DNA of 64,000 nt, taken from positions 3,348,001-3,412,000 of the forward strand of contig CAJFCJ010000001.1 in the NCBI GenBank assembly GCA_904063045.1. The letters run 5' to 3'. The translations under genes were made by a program, and so were the position numbers. The notes under the pieces are model-generated. The model was given only the letters and a program-made list of their open reading frames with translations, did not search any database and was not told where the DNA came from. This DNA comes from Dimorphilus gyrociliatus (taxonomy: Eukaryota; Animalia; Annelida). Positions 26,495-39,965 of this stretch are shown here, one piece after another. Each line of letters opens with the position of its first letter. Within the stretch, counting starts at the first letter, position 1.

Positions 26495-27640
26495 TTGAAG
26501 AAAAAAGTATCCGCAATAGAAAATAAAATATGGAATAAACCAAATTCAGATAGAAAACTTACTTTATTTATTAAGGTTGAGGAATTCTAAACGCAAACCT
26601 TAAAGCTGTACTCTATTCACAATAGAAAAACAGAAAATATTAATCGCTTAATTGATGTAAAGGTCGTTCATTGACTATTCAATACTTCAATGATTTTCTT
26701 ATTAACAATCAATCAATCCTTTACATTTATTCAACAATTCAGTCCTATCTAAACTATGCAAGAAGACTATTAGAATTGTGGATTAAGTCGAAAAACTGAT
26801 TAAATATGTTTAATAGTTTAAGACTAGACTAAAGCTTCTTTTCTTTTAATTACATATTGTATTACTAATATTCCACACTTTTCAACTGGAAAAAAGGGCT
26901 ATCAATATATTATTCATTTTTTCGTTAGCAATAGTTAATCCTTCCAAGATAAACTCTTTTAAGGCTCTTTATAAAAGAGCGTTCCTTAAAAGTATATCAC
27001 ATAGTCATACATTTATTAATAACAATAGATCCTTTCTATTTCTTATTCTTTTCAAAATTGATTAAATATCATGAAGACTCATCAGCTTGTATTCATAAAG
27101 GTATCATAATTATTATCATCAGCAAAAATTCAACATTTCAACAAGCATCATTATTGAATCTTCTTTCATTACATTTTCAATTTACATCAATACAACTATT
27201 TCAACAATACTTGATTGAAATTACAAACCCATTTAATCGATTTATCCATAATTCAATGTTCAACTAATTAGTTCATCAACATATATAAAATGTTGGATAA
27301 TTTAATAATGAAACACGTTGCAATTAATCCTGTTCCACCTGCGCCTAATGGCCAGGTATTACATTTTTCACCTCTACAGCACTGTTTACATTCTTTCTTT
27401 CCAGGTACAGCTTTACAATTTTCATTTTCATAAAGAGGTGAACAAGTTTCGTTTGAGCATCCTCTTGAAAATGTTATTGATCCTAAAGTCTCTGTTGTAT
27501 AAGCCCAACAATCACCAACTCCACAATCTATTAATTTCACATTTGCTGTTTCTTCCTTTACATTAGAAAGTTCATTTCCACAATCAGTTCTATTTCCTCT
27601 GCATTCAAAGCATTTTCCTAAAAAAAAGATTCAAGTATTT
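26495..27640. repeat. Second copy of the about 1.1 kb near-identical block (see 9897-11040)
   Basis: Direct match at offset 16,598, including non-coding sequence. Confidence 0.9.
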
Positions 27641-30600
27641 AAAAATTTATCATACGGAATAAATAAATTTAAAATTAAAACAAAAAACAAACTTGCACAT
27701 TCTCTATCATAATTATGTAAATAGAATCCTGATTTACATTTCGAACATATTCGACCATGTGCACACATTCCACATCCGATAATTCAACATGAAACACACG
27801 CTAGTTTATCATCTTGCAGGATAAATCCTCCACTACACATATCACATTTCGCTTTTCCACCTGAAGGAGTTGGTCCACAAGTTGCACAATTAGCAAAAAC
27901 AGCTTCCAAACATGGTACACAAGTTCCATCAGTTTTTAAAGAAAATGACTTTGATATGCATTTTGTACATCTTGTTGTCTTATCTGCATTGGCTGTACAT
28001 GTTTCACAGTTTGATGGGCACGGTACACATGTTCCATCTGATGCCTTTGCATATCTATCATAACACTTTGTACATTCATATTTTTGATTATATGAACATT
28101 CTTTACAGAATTTCGGACATTGACCACAATCATCACTATTCAAATAAAACTTATTTGAGCATGTTAAACAAACCAAACCACTTCCACCAGATGGAACAGA
28201 ACATGTTTGACATTCTCCAATACCACATAATTCGCACGCAGTTCCTTTCAAACCATATGTTGCAAGACAACTTGTACATTCAACTGATGCTCCATTGAGA
28301 GAACAAGCACTGCAACCAGTTGGACAAGGCAAACACAAATTATCAGATGTTTTGTAATATTTTGCTATACAAGATGAACAAGTAAATTTGCTTGTTTGAG
28401 CATCAAATGAACATCCACTACAACCAGTAGGACATGTTTTACATTCACCATTGGAAAGTACCGAAGTTGCTGTATTACATGATGAACAAGTGATCTTTCC
28501 ATTACTTCTAGTTGAAGCAAGACAACCAGCTTTATTGTTGTAACACTTTTGATCACTAGAATCAAAGAAATAACCAGAATTACATTGTCCTGAATCACAC
28601 TTGTCTTTTCCATTTGTTTCGCAGCTTTTACAATTAGGATCACACTCTGAAAAGATAAAATTCGTTTTTAACAATCTCAAAACAAGTATGGAATGTTTAT
28701 AATGATCTTCATACTTTCACATGCTACTGGTGAAATAGCAGTGTTTAATTTATATCCTGTTTTGCATATCTTTGGTATGAGAGTATCACTAGTTGCTGTC
28801 TCGTATGCACATCTTGAAACTCCACTTCCCGTACATGGTGTGCAAGTTCCTTCTGTTCTATGTCTGATAAATCCGTCCTTACAACCATTGGGGATACAAG
28901 TTGTTCCATCTACACAGAAATCACATCCAGATACACATGTCTGACATACACTATTACTATCCATATAATATCCAGAATTGCATTTCAAACATTTCAGAGT
29001 ATCACCAATTTGTTTAACACAAATGTCACAACCAGTAAGAGAGGCGCATGTATCGCAAGTGAAATCACTATCTCTTAGAGCAGCAGCTCCACATCCAAAT
29101 GATAGACATAGTGTTCTTGTTTGATCATCAGGATCAATTCTGCATTCCGAACAGGCCTGTGGTGATGTAGGACACTGAATACACAGTCCTACATTATTGA
29201 GTGCATAACCAGATTGACAAACTGTACATTTGTTATCAGTTGTAGCAGAAACTCCAGATGTATCTACTGTACAGGTTGTACATCCTGTACCACATGCCAT
29301 ACATGATGGACTAGTTCCAGGTGTTGAAGATGTGTGTAATGCATATCTACTGTCCATCTGCAGCCAAAACATTTGCACCTGAACAGGCAGCACATGCTAC
29401 TACATAAGCTCCATTTTTAAGTTTCAATGTGTGAGTAGCACAATTGGTAATTTCATTATTTTGTACACATCCTGTTAATGTAGGATGTTTATGGTATACT
29501 TTTCCTGCTGCATCAGCAGTACATCTTCCACACATACATGTACCTCCTGAAGATACAGCAAATGTACAATGATCCAATCCAGCAGCAGTACATGCTACAC
29601 AATCATATTTAGTTGGAGAAAAATCTAGAACAAATCCAGTAGCGCAACCGGCACATCGGCCACTAGTTGCTGGAGCAACTGTGGCCGCTGATGCAATATA
29701 CCCTTTGCAATTTCCAGAGGCTAGTGCTGCAGTATCAACTGTAATAACTGATGTTGTTGATCCAGCATCTAACATTTTGCCTGCCGCAGCAACCTGACAA
29801 CCAGCTGCTGCTCCTCCATATGAGTAGTTCTCTTTGCATCCAGTTATTGAAGCACATGTAGTTCCTGTTACTATTTCTTTGTCATTAGCACATGTAACGC
29901 AATTGACGGCAGGTCCTACAGGATTATTATATTGTTGTAAACAATCAGTTATTTGAGTAGGAGAAGTGGGTGCACCAGCAACACATTCTCCTATTCTATT
30001 ATTTGTATTTGGTACAGTGCTTGCAGTTGCAGTGGCAAATGTATCAGAGCATCTAATACATTTACAATCTGCAGCGGGTGCTGGGTCAGGAACTGATGCC
30101 CATTTTGTATCACAATTGGCAACTGTAGCAGGAGTACATGTAGCTACTGGTGTTTGGCAGTCAATACCAATTTTAGTTGGTTCTGTACAAGCTGTGCAAA
30201 ATACTGGGTTAGCACCGTCAGCATCACAATCAGAACAACCAGCAGGGCAAGGTGTGCAAGAACCAGCAGAAAAATAATATCCTTTTGTGCATGCAGAACA
30301 TAATGCACTTGTTGCAGTTGGTGATCCAGCTGTATATTGCTTGCAACCAGTAGGAATTGCTAAAGAAATGGGAAACATACTGTTTAAAAAAGTTGTTTTC
30401 ATTAAAGTAATTATATATACGTATGCATGTATCAGCTCCAGTTTTCTGAATAAAGTCCTGTTGACACTCAACAACTGTAGCTGAACCAGCACTGCCACCA
30501 CACCAGAGAACATTTGGAATTTCTTCAGCACAAGCTGTAAATTGTATTGAATGCAAATATTTTGGATATCCATGAATTAATTTATGGAAATATATTACCT

Positions 30601-32988
30601 TTACAGCCTTGTGCTCCAGAAGCTGCTTGTAGAACAGAGTGTTTACCACTAATACTCATATCGCCCATACATTCACCTGCTTTGCATATACAAGTACTTC
30701 CAGAAAGTTGTAGCACTTTACATTGTGGTGATGCAACAGTGCAGTCTGTCAAATATTTTAAAATGTTGTAGTAGTTTTTTCTACAAATAATTCATTTGCT
30801 ATAAATACCATAACATCCTTTTACAACATTACTAGATACTTCTATTGATACCCATTGCTTTGAACCTTTACATGTCTTACATTCAACATCCATCTTGTCA
30901 GCTGATAGTTGACAGTCTTCACAATCTGTTCCACAAGTTTTACACACTCCGGCATTTGCTCCTGCCAGAATTACAGCACTTCCTGCAGGACAAGATCTAC
31001 AAAAACAGGCTTCATTTTCATCATTGACTTTTTTGGTTGCACACATTGAATCAGTAGGACAACTTGTAGCACAAGTTTTATTTGAAAATGAAAACTTTTT
31101 GTTATTTGAATTGGTTGCTTTAGAGGCACAAGGAGATCTTAAACATTCCACTTTGTCACCAATCACTTCACAATAGTCGCAGTTGGAAATTGTACATGAC
31201 ATACAAGAATCAATGGCTCCACTATTTGCATTATATTTAGGTGCATATTTTGCACTGCACTTTAAGCATGTTATAGTAGAACCTCTCTTTTTACAGTAGT
31301 CACATCCAGAAGGACAAGAAACGCAATTTCCAGTATCATCATCAAAAGCAAATCCATTTTGACATTTTGAAGCGTAACAAATTGGTGAAGACGCAGAAGA
31401 AGATTTGAAATAACATTTTAAACAATTTCCAGGACAAGCTGTATATACAAAGTTATTCATTACATCTCATGGAATATCTATTACATAGAAAACTTTTGAT
31501 AAAGTAGTTTGACTAACCTATACATTTTCCATCACTTTTTCTTCCCCATGATTTTCCACCTTCATTTTCAACACATGAATGACTTGCATCTGTTCCACTA
31601 CATTCTGTTCTAGAATTTGATGAACTCCAGGAACATGCCTTACAATTATCAGGACACTTTGAGCACAAGTTGTCTGAGTTTAGAGCATATTTTGATGCAC
31701 ATCTGCCAGATTTACACACCAGTTTACTACCAGAAACTTCACATTCAAGACAATTATCTGGACATCTATCACAACTCTTCAGATCAACTACTGTGTAGTC
31801 AACTTTACATTTCGTGCATTTGACAATGCTATTTGTTTCTTCACAGGTGTCACAGTTTCTTGGACAGACAGAACAGGAATCATCCTTAAGATAATAGCCA
31901 CTTTTACAGGTCTTACATTTGTTTGTGCCACTGCTGGCATCACATTCAGTGCATGCTGAATGAATGGAACTACATGTTTCACATTTGTTTGATGTTGTGA
32001 GAGCGTAGGCTTTAGACATGCATTCAGTACAAGTATCTTTGTCAGAACACTTGTTACAACCAGAAATTGCAGTGGAGCATAATTTACATGTGTTGATATT
32101 ATTGGTTGTTTCCTTGTATGCATTTGTGTCACAAGAACTACAACTGACACCAATATTTTTGTTATAAGTACAAGATTTGCAGTAGGATAGACATGCTGAA
32201 GAAAAATATGAAGATTATATGGTTGAAATTGAAATATTGTAGAAATAAGTACACAGTATAAAATATGTTAAGAGTATATTTACATGTGCATCCATTGTCT
32301 TTTCTGATATATCTGTCAACACAAGTATCGCAATCAGTTCTGGAAGTAGCGGAATTCCATGTGCATTCAATACAGTTGGATGGGCAAATAACGCATAGCT
32401 TGGAAGCATCATTCTTTGCATAATTAGAGTAACATTTTTGACAAGATGTTGGAGATGTGCAGTTTCTGCATCCAGTAGAGCATTCTTGAATGAGATTTTA
32501 TGTAAAAGAATAAATAATTGGAAGTGAAAAATGAATATAAAAAAGAAATGGCGCTACTACCTGAACATTTGCCATTGTCCAAGAAATAATGTTCAATGCA
32601 TTGTGAACATAGGGTAGCATCATTTAATACATTACTTTTTAGTGTACAATTTCCTTTTGAACAGAAATCTGGGCATTCTGTTTTTATCAACATTCACTTT
32701 TCATTTTTGATACGATGTACATATTAACTTACTAAGGCATTTAAGCCTATCTGCTGAACGAATTCGTCCACTTGAGCATATTCCACATGATGTAACACGC
32801 TTTCCTGTTTGTCCAGGTTCACAATTATACACATCACCATTTGGAACGGTGGCTGACTGGGAATCTGTTATGGAAAATGTTAATTTAAGGATTTTATTTC
32901 TATAGATTTGTTTTAAAAAATAAACGATGGCTTGCTTAGACTGACATTGAATAGCCATAGTAAATACTGCCAAGATGATGGAGCGCAT
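27268..32988 (-). pseudogene. Copy D: 11-exon family member with a frameshifting deletion in exon 9 and a nonsense codon in exon 10 (could still encode a truncated about 1,024 aa anchor-less protein)
   Basis: Exons 32988-32946 (MRSIILAVFTMAIQ), 32864-32733, 32677-32561, 32484-32284, 32195-31518, 31438-30809, 30745-30599, 30534-30421, 30359-28715, 28646-27693, 27617-27268. Relative to E, about 335 bp (E 23223-23557) is missing at about 29352, giving a stop at 29347-29349. TCA>TGA at 27784-27786. Confidence 0.82.
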
Positions 32989-33628
32989 TCTCAGGAATAC
33001 TCTATTTGACTCTGTAAAGAAATGCAGAAACTGTTGAGTTTAAATATCTCTCGTTAGCAGAGTATTATGGTACCTCTAATAGTAAAGAATTAGGTTTCTT
33101 TAGATTGTCTATATGTGAAATCTCTTGAAAAATACATAGTATTTATAGTTTTTGGTTTCTAAGTTGTTGTTTTGGAGACGGATAGACAATATTATTAATA
33201 TTAATTAACTTATAAGTGATTTAATAGAAAGTTATTAAGACGGGAAAGTTTTGTATTTGAATTTAAAATAATATTTAATAAAGAATTATTAAGCGATTGG
33301 ATAATATAAATATATTTTAAGTTAGCATTAAAGGTATGCCATTTAAAACGATAACCCAATTAAGCGGTAGTATTCTGTCTACAACAGTTTATAGTTATTC
33401 TACAATGAAATGTTTTTTTCTTTAATAATTCAAAAAGGAAATATTATTCCAAAAACAAATCTATACTATTCTTTCATGTTTCTTTGCTATGTTCACTTAT
33501 TAGCTCATACAATATAACGATTTAAATCAAGCTTTAGCTTCTTTCTTTGAAGATAAAGATAGAATTTAATTCATGTAGAACATTTATTCTCATTGAAATC
33601 GTACGAAATATGAGATCATTTATGCAGA

Positions 33629-35424
33629 TTATATTGTTCTTCTATTAAGTACTTCTAAGCTATTGTTCTTACTGCTCGGTACTCCGCAAAATAATTTTCT
33701 AACTTCATTCTGAAATTCTTTATACTGCAAGGTGTAAAGGAAAGGATTAATAACCATATTCAAGAATGAAATCATTATGAGAGAACGATAAAGAAAACCA
33801 AAAGGAATATGAACTCCGGTGTTTATGAGGAAGAAACACACTTGGCCAGGCGTATTGCAGATTACGAAGGCAATGGTAACCATTAGTAAAGTTTTAAATA
33901 AATTCTTACTAGCTTTCTCCATATTTTTCCTTCTCTTTTCAAACATTTCACTCTTTAAATGTTCGCATTCAAAGCTATTTCTAGCCGATCTAGCTCCTTT
34001 AAACATTGTAGCAGTCATATGAATATAACAGATGGCCAAAAATACAAGAGGATTCACGAATTCAATGAAAATAATAAATATTCCAAAGTTCTGCTGAACC
34101 TTTAATGAGGACCATTTCCAACCTGAACAAGTATTTCTTTTCAAATTAACTTTTGAAAGAGCAATTACAGTTGATAATTTAAAGGTAAAACTTGAAAGCC
34201 ATATAAAGATCATTGATATTTTCACACGACCTTTCAAAATCAAAAAAATATATATAAATTATATATATAGATATCTTTCCTTCCTTCATATTCCTTTATC
34301 TTTTAGGTCAGGAAAAATTCGATTTATTCAATACTTACTCTTTGTAGCTATGACGTCGTGTTTCATTGGCCAAACTATGGCAAGATAGCGTTCGAAAGAT
34401 ATAAGACATAAGTTAAAAGTTGATCCCGTAAGCGCACCCCATTGTATTACTTGGCTCTTCCATAATCTGCAATAAATCTCCTTAAGAAGAATTCCAGGTA
34501 GGATATAAGTTAAATCTCCATTAAGTAACAATTTATCAATAACAATAAATATCGAAGCCGTTATATCAAGAAATGATTGATTTATAACCAATTTATTGTG
34601 AATTTTCCTCCTTCTTCTCGGATTTCTTAACATGACAAAAATTACAAAGAAATTTCCAACAATTCCAATTGTTGCTATGGATACGGAAATCCATCTGAAT
34701 GTGGATGATACTTTGAGATGATCAGCCATTTCTGTATCCAATTTGCCTGTTGTGTTTTCTCCATTTGGCAAAGAGTCGAAAATTGGTAAAATTACACTGT
34801 GATTTTCTGTCATCTGCAAATAAGAAATAACCGCATTTTGATGTATTTAGGAAATAGTTTTTAAAAGGAGATAATTGTAATTTAACTCTTTTATTCATAT
34901 ATAAACAGTGTGTATACTTGTGTATAGATAGATATACTAATATACAGTATATGAAGGAACATTACATAAATATCTAGGTTATATTGGCGCATTATTAATT
35001 CCAATTGCATCTTTTTATATATTAGACATAGATGTAGGTTTATATAGTAGTTACTTGGTAATAGGTTGCTCCATTCGCAGTCAAATTCTCTTTTACTTCA
35101 AGACTATATATAAGCAAGATAGAGCATTGTTTTATTGTTTATGGTAAAACAGCTTATTAATGTTAATCATTCACAAACGTCAAGAGCAAACTTTAAGTTC
35201 TTCCCTTGTTTAGCATTCTGTTATTGTTGGCCTACTATACAATCACTCTTTTTTTATTTGTATTTTCCTTTTCTTCTCTATACTACCCCCTCACCTCTCT
35301 CTCTCTCTCTCTCTCTTTTCCTCCACCTTTACCTCAAAACATATAAAATACAGAATGTACAATGACGGAAGAGTTTGAAAAGGGAAAAAAACTCACTTAC
35401 CTCTTTTTCATGGCTCTTCCCCAT
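33629..35424 (-). CDS. Rhodopsin-class (class A) G-protein-coupled receptor, probably a peptide-receptor-like orphan, about 365 aa
   Basis: Exons 35424-35401 (tentative first exon), 34813-34339 and 34230-33629. TM1 GIVGN, TM2 NQSFLD, TM3 ISFERYLAIVWP, TM6 FVICNTP, TM7 NPFLY motifs. Confidence 0.85.
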
Positions 35425-35844
35425 CAATAATGGAAATAATAATGAAATTTCTTCCTCTTACGTTGCCTGGCTTGCCCCGTGTTTATTTGTGATCGCCTTA
35501 TAGAGGAGAAATTAGGTCAATAAGTCTTTAAATTATGCTCTGTATCTTTCATTACGAGATGAGAATCTTTTTGAAAGTAGACAACAATGTAATTTTTCTC
35601 CATATTTATTAATAAAAAAATGTGAGATATTCAAAGGAAACTTTCTACTTTACACTTTTAGTTTTTTTTTTACATAAAAGCAGAATAAATTAAAAAATCT
35701 ATTTAATTAATAGAAATAAATTTTATACTTTTTAACGAAATTCTATCTTGTTACTCGACTTTAAAAGAATAGAAAATTTTCCATACTTAAAAATAGATTT
35801 CTACAACCATGAACTCATGGATTTATCCTGAATGAGTGTTGTAT

Positions 35845-35845
<1 letters not shown>

Positions 35846-35879
<34 letters not shown>
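35846..35879. repeat. (CT)n microsatellite; similar CT/GA tracts at about 35295-35315, 37860-37885, 38443-38470 and 54353-54380, and (GAA)n at about 36455-36500
   Basis: Directly visible dinucleotide and trinucleotide runs in intergenic DNA. Confidence 0.9.
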
Positions 35880-35881
<2 letters not shown>

Positions 35882-38438
35882 AGTTCAGCTAAAGACTGAG
35901 CACCCTCTCCTTATTTATCGCAAATGATAGAGCTAGGGGATTGGGTAGAATTCTAGTGTATATGTGTGAAAGCGTCTAATAGGCTTAGACTAGGGGCGTT
36001 CCGGTTTGTGAAAGTGTTACCTAGGTCGTCTACGTAAACATTTTAATGTTTTATAAAGTCTACTTAGCCTTAGATACAGAAAATTTTTATAGAACTAATA
36101 AAGATTTTCTCTCGTGCATCCTCTCTTCCACAGGAGAGTATTTATAAATAAAGAACATTGCTCATGTACTCGCAAGAGCGTCTATAATCTATCACTGCAA
36201 GGAAAGTATGTACAGTATATATTTATATTAACGAATGATTAAGAATAGAGTTTTCATTCCAACGTTATCCAATAGAAGTAGCATAAAACAATTCGTCAAG
36301 TATGAATTCTAATACTTAAAGAATTCGAGCACAACCACTTTATTAAGTCAGCTATGTCAACCGTGAAAATATATATAAGATGAATAATTCTATTCCCGTC
36401 AATGGATTTAATGAGGTATTCGAGTATGAAAATAAAAAATAGGAATAGCAGAAAAAGAAGAAGAAGAAGAAGAAGACGCGAAGAAGAAGACGAAGACGAA
36501 AGAGAGGAAAGAAATCTTTTATATTCAGTTATATATATAATATGTTGAGAAGTTTTAACATTTTTTACATCCTGTATATGTTGTATTTATAAAATAAAGC
36601 ATTGAATTAATTCGGAAAATCTCTTTAAATGCAGCTTTTACTTGCTTTAAGAAAATTCTAGACATGAGATGTAATTTGCAAATAATTCTTAAGAAGTCTA
36701 TTTTTGTTTTCTTTTCCATACAGTTTTCTCCAGTTTGTTTGGCTGACTAGAGAGACAGAAAAGAGAAACAATCTCCATCCGTACAGATACCGCGAACAAA
36801 CAAAATATACTCTATATATTGTATTTAAATCAATAAGATTACTATTCCAGGTTAAATAATACGGTAAGGAAAGAAGATATTTATGTCCCTTAGCCTTAAA
36901 AGGGTATTTCTCTCTAACTATAGCATAAAGAAACAGGAGAAAAATAAACTTTTAAGGAATTAATTTAGCTCTATGTTTGTCTTTTCTCCTTACTTTACTA
37001 TTACAAACAGTATATATACACAAGTATACTCAGTATATAAATACATGTACATTGTTTATAAATAAATCATTAAACCTATTTTTAAATCATAATCCTCCTT
37101 GAAAAATATTTCTGTTTTTGACAAGAAAATTTGACTTAATACAAGAAAAGAGAAAGCTTAAGATTCTTTCATTAAAATCTGAAGGAAATGTTATGTTTGA
37201 GAGACTAAAAAACGGACAATTACCTCCCTCCTCCCTCCCTCTTTTTCTCTCTTACAAGAAAAGAAAAACGGTAAATAAATACTGCTAGACGTTTCTTTTA
37301 TATTAGAATAGATATAAGATGAAAGAAATAGCGTATATCCTCTAGAATATATAATAAAGATTGCATAATTATGACTATTTTTCTTAGAAATCATAAATAT
37401 ATTAACATATTTTACAGTTAAAAAATATCGCTATTATATTAATATTCTCCTACTGCAATTTTTACAGTTTTTGTTTAAATTCTCTTTAAATTACTTTTCC
37501 ACATTTCTTCAATATGCATAGAATAAAGCATTGAATATTTTACATACAGTTTTTATAGGCCTAAACTAATGCTCTTTTCTCACCAATTAAATAATACCAT
37601 AACAAAATATCTTACTTCTTTTAAGTAACCAATATTATTAAAGGGCGACAGTCTTTTGCTGCACTGGTTGTAGGCCGGTATGTGGCGTCAGCTAAGACGT
37701 TAACATAGCGTCGAATGTCTCATCTAGTTATAATGTCGAAGAGAGAATAAGATATTACTGTATTTGTCTTGTTTGATTGAAAATATATAAAGATATATAC
37801 TGTATATATATATAATAATAAATTGTATAGACTGGTATAAAATGGAGGTTTCAAATGAAAGAGAGAGAGAGAGAGAGAGAGAGGGAGGGAGAGAAAGATA
37901 CAGAAATCAATAATAAAATACTTTACTTTTTTAAATAAAAGAATTGAAAATTCATTAAAAAATAAATCAAAAGTTTCTATTTCAAAGCTTCATCTTAAAA
38001 AGGACTTTATTCAGTTTCATATGAAAGATAAAAATCTATCATTTCATCCCTTTAACTACTTTAATTTGTCAAATAACGGCTTACTTTTTTTTTATAAAAA
38101 CAATTCTCTACTTTTCCAAACAAAACCAAACTTGATAGTTTACTTAAACAGCAAGTAAATTTTGCTTTTACTTATCTCTCCTTTAAACTGAACCAGTTTA
38201 GGTCTAATCCTAAAAACATATTGAAACGTAGAATACTTATTTCCTAGTAGCGAATATAAGTGCGCAGATGTTTTGGAATATTGGAAGAGGGGGAATCTCT
38301 TTTTTGTGTGTTTCTTTCTTTTGGACCAAAACTCTCTGCAAAACCTTTAAATTTTCATTGTTTCTACGTTTCTTTTTCATTATTCTGTTCTATTTCTTAC
38401 GTATTTCCATAAAAAATAGAATTCCTATCCTAATAGTG

Positions 38439-38474
<36 letters not shown>

Positions 38475-39965
38475 TTAATAACATTGCGGTTTGAAAGGAT
38501 TCAATATGCACCAAAATCCAGAGCATTTTTTTGCAGATTTCAATGGTGTTTTGCCTCCGTAAACAACATTTAAAAAACAACAACAATATATATTTATAGT
38601 ATATCTTTATAAAACAGAGAAAACGAAAGTAATAGTGGTAAAAGGTTTTATATAAATCATTCGATTCCAATTATATTCTGTTAAGAAAGATGAGCTGCTT
38701 ATTGAAGGGGAAAAAAAGAGATTTCTATTAACTACTAAGTCTTCAATTTTTTTTTAATCTAAAAATATTCATTGATAATATCAGGCCTATGTATTACTTT
38801 TGAATAAACTATACTACTATATTTTATAAAAGTATACTAAGAAAACTGCTATGTAGGCCTTTGTTTTGCAAAATTAACTATAAAATGTATTTTATACTGT
38901 ATATATTTTTGCTTTATAAGAAAAAATAAGGTCTATAACATAGTTACCATAAAGGGAATGATGTTAAAATTAATATAAAATTTACATTAGTGCTTTAACT
39001 TAATTTAATAAAAGTTGAAACAATGTTTAAAGAACAAACACGTGTATACTTTTTAATAATTTGAACATTGAACTTGAATGCTTACGTTGCACGTTGTCTT
39101 GTATTAGTAAGCCAAAGATTTGAACGTTCATTTATAATAATAGAAGCTTAGTATGACTGTCTCTTTGTCAATCGCCCCCCTCTTTCTCTCTCTTTCTTCT
39201 TACTGTAAATTTATTTGTTTAAAATTGATTCAAGTACAAGATAATGCATTATAAGTAATTTATAGCCAAACTACTGTATATATTAAATAGAAATTGGTAG
39301 TTTCTTCAATATTAAATATAAAAAAGATGAGTCAGCGTATTCCAAGAATAAAATCCAAAGCCCTAATAATTTCTAATTGATTTGAATGCTAAACAAGTAC
39401 AAAATGTATTTATCTACCTCTAAAACTAGTTTATTTCGCTTTAGCTCTATTACTTAACTGTCAGATATACCTTTAATTAATCATTCTCCAAATATAGTAG
39501 AGAGATTATAATAGAAATTATTAAAAAAAACAATTCATAGCGCTGGCTGCTATTTCTTACTTGAATAGAGAAAATTTCAATCAAGTTTTAATAATAGAAA
39601 TACCAATTTTTGTTATCTTAGTAATTGTTATTTTAACTTTATTCCTTTAAAAGTAGAAGTATTGTTAAAGTAGACTAGATATTAAATTTTTGCGCAATAC
39701 ATAATTCTCATAAAATTCGCCATTTAAAAAGGATTAAAAAGACTTTGTTAAGAAGGCCGTCGTTTCGTAAACATAAATCTTGTTTATACCATATTGTTTC
39801 GGTTAAGGGTTGGATATTGTTGCGATTACTATCTTACGATTATCTATTGGAGAACCTTCCTAATCTTCCTTTCTAAATTATATATTCGATTTATAGAAGA
39901 CGAAGAGAGAGAGAGTGAAAGAGAGAGAGGGAGAGAGAGAAAAGAGAAGGAATTTTACAGATAGA

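Noticed and set aside
37640-37740. GC-richer island with a possible small hairpin (miRNA or tRNA-like)
   Set aside because: The stem is short and imperfect, with no cloverleaf or A/B boxes; not supportable without expression data.
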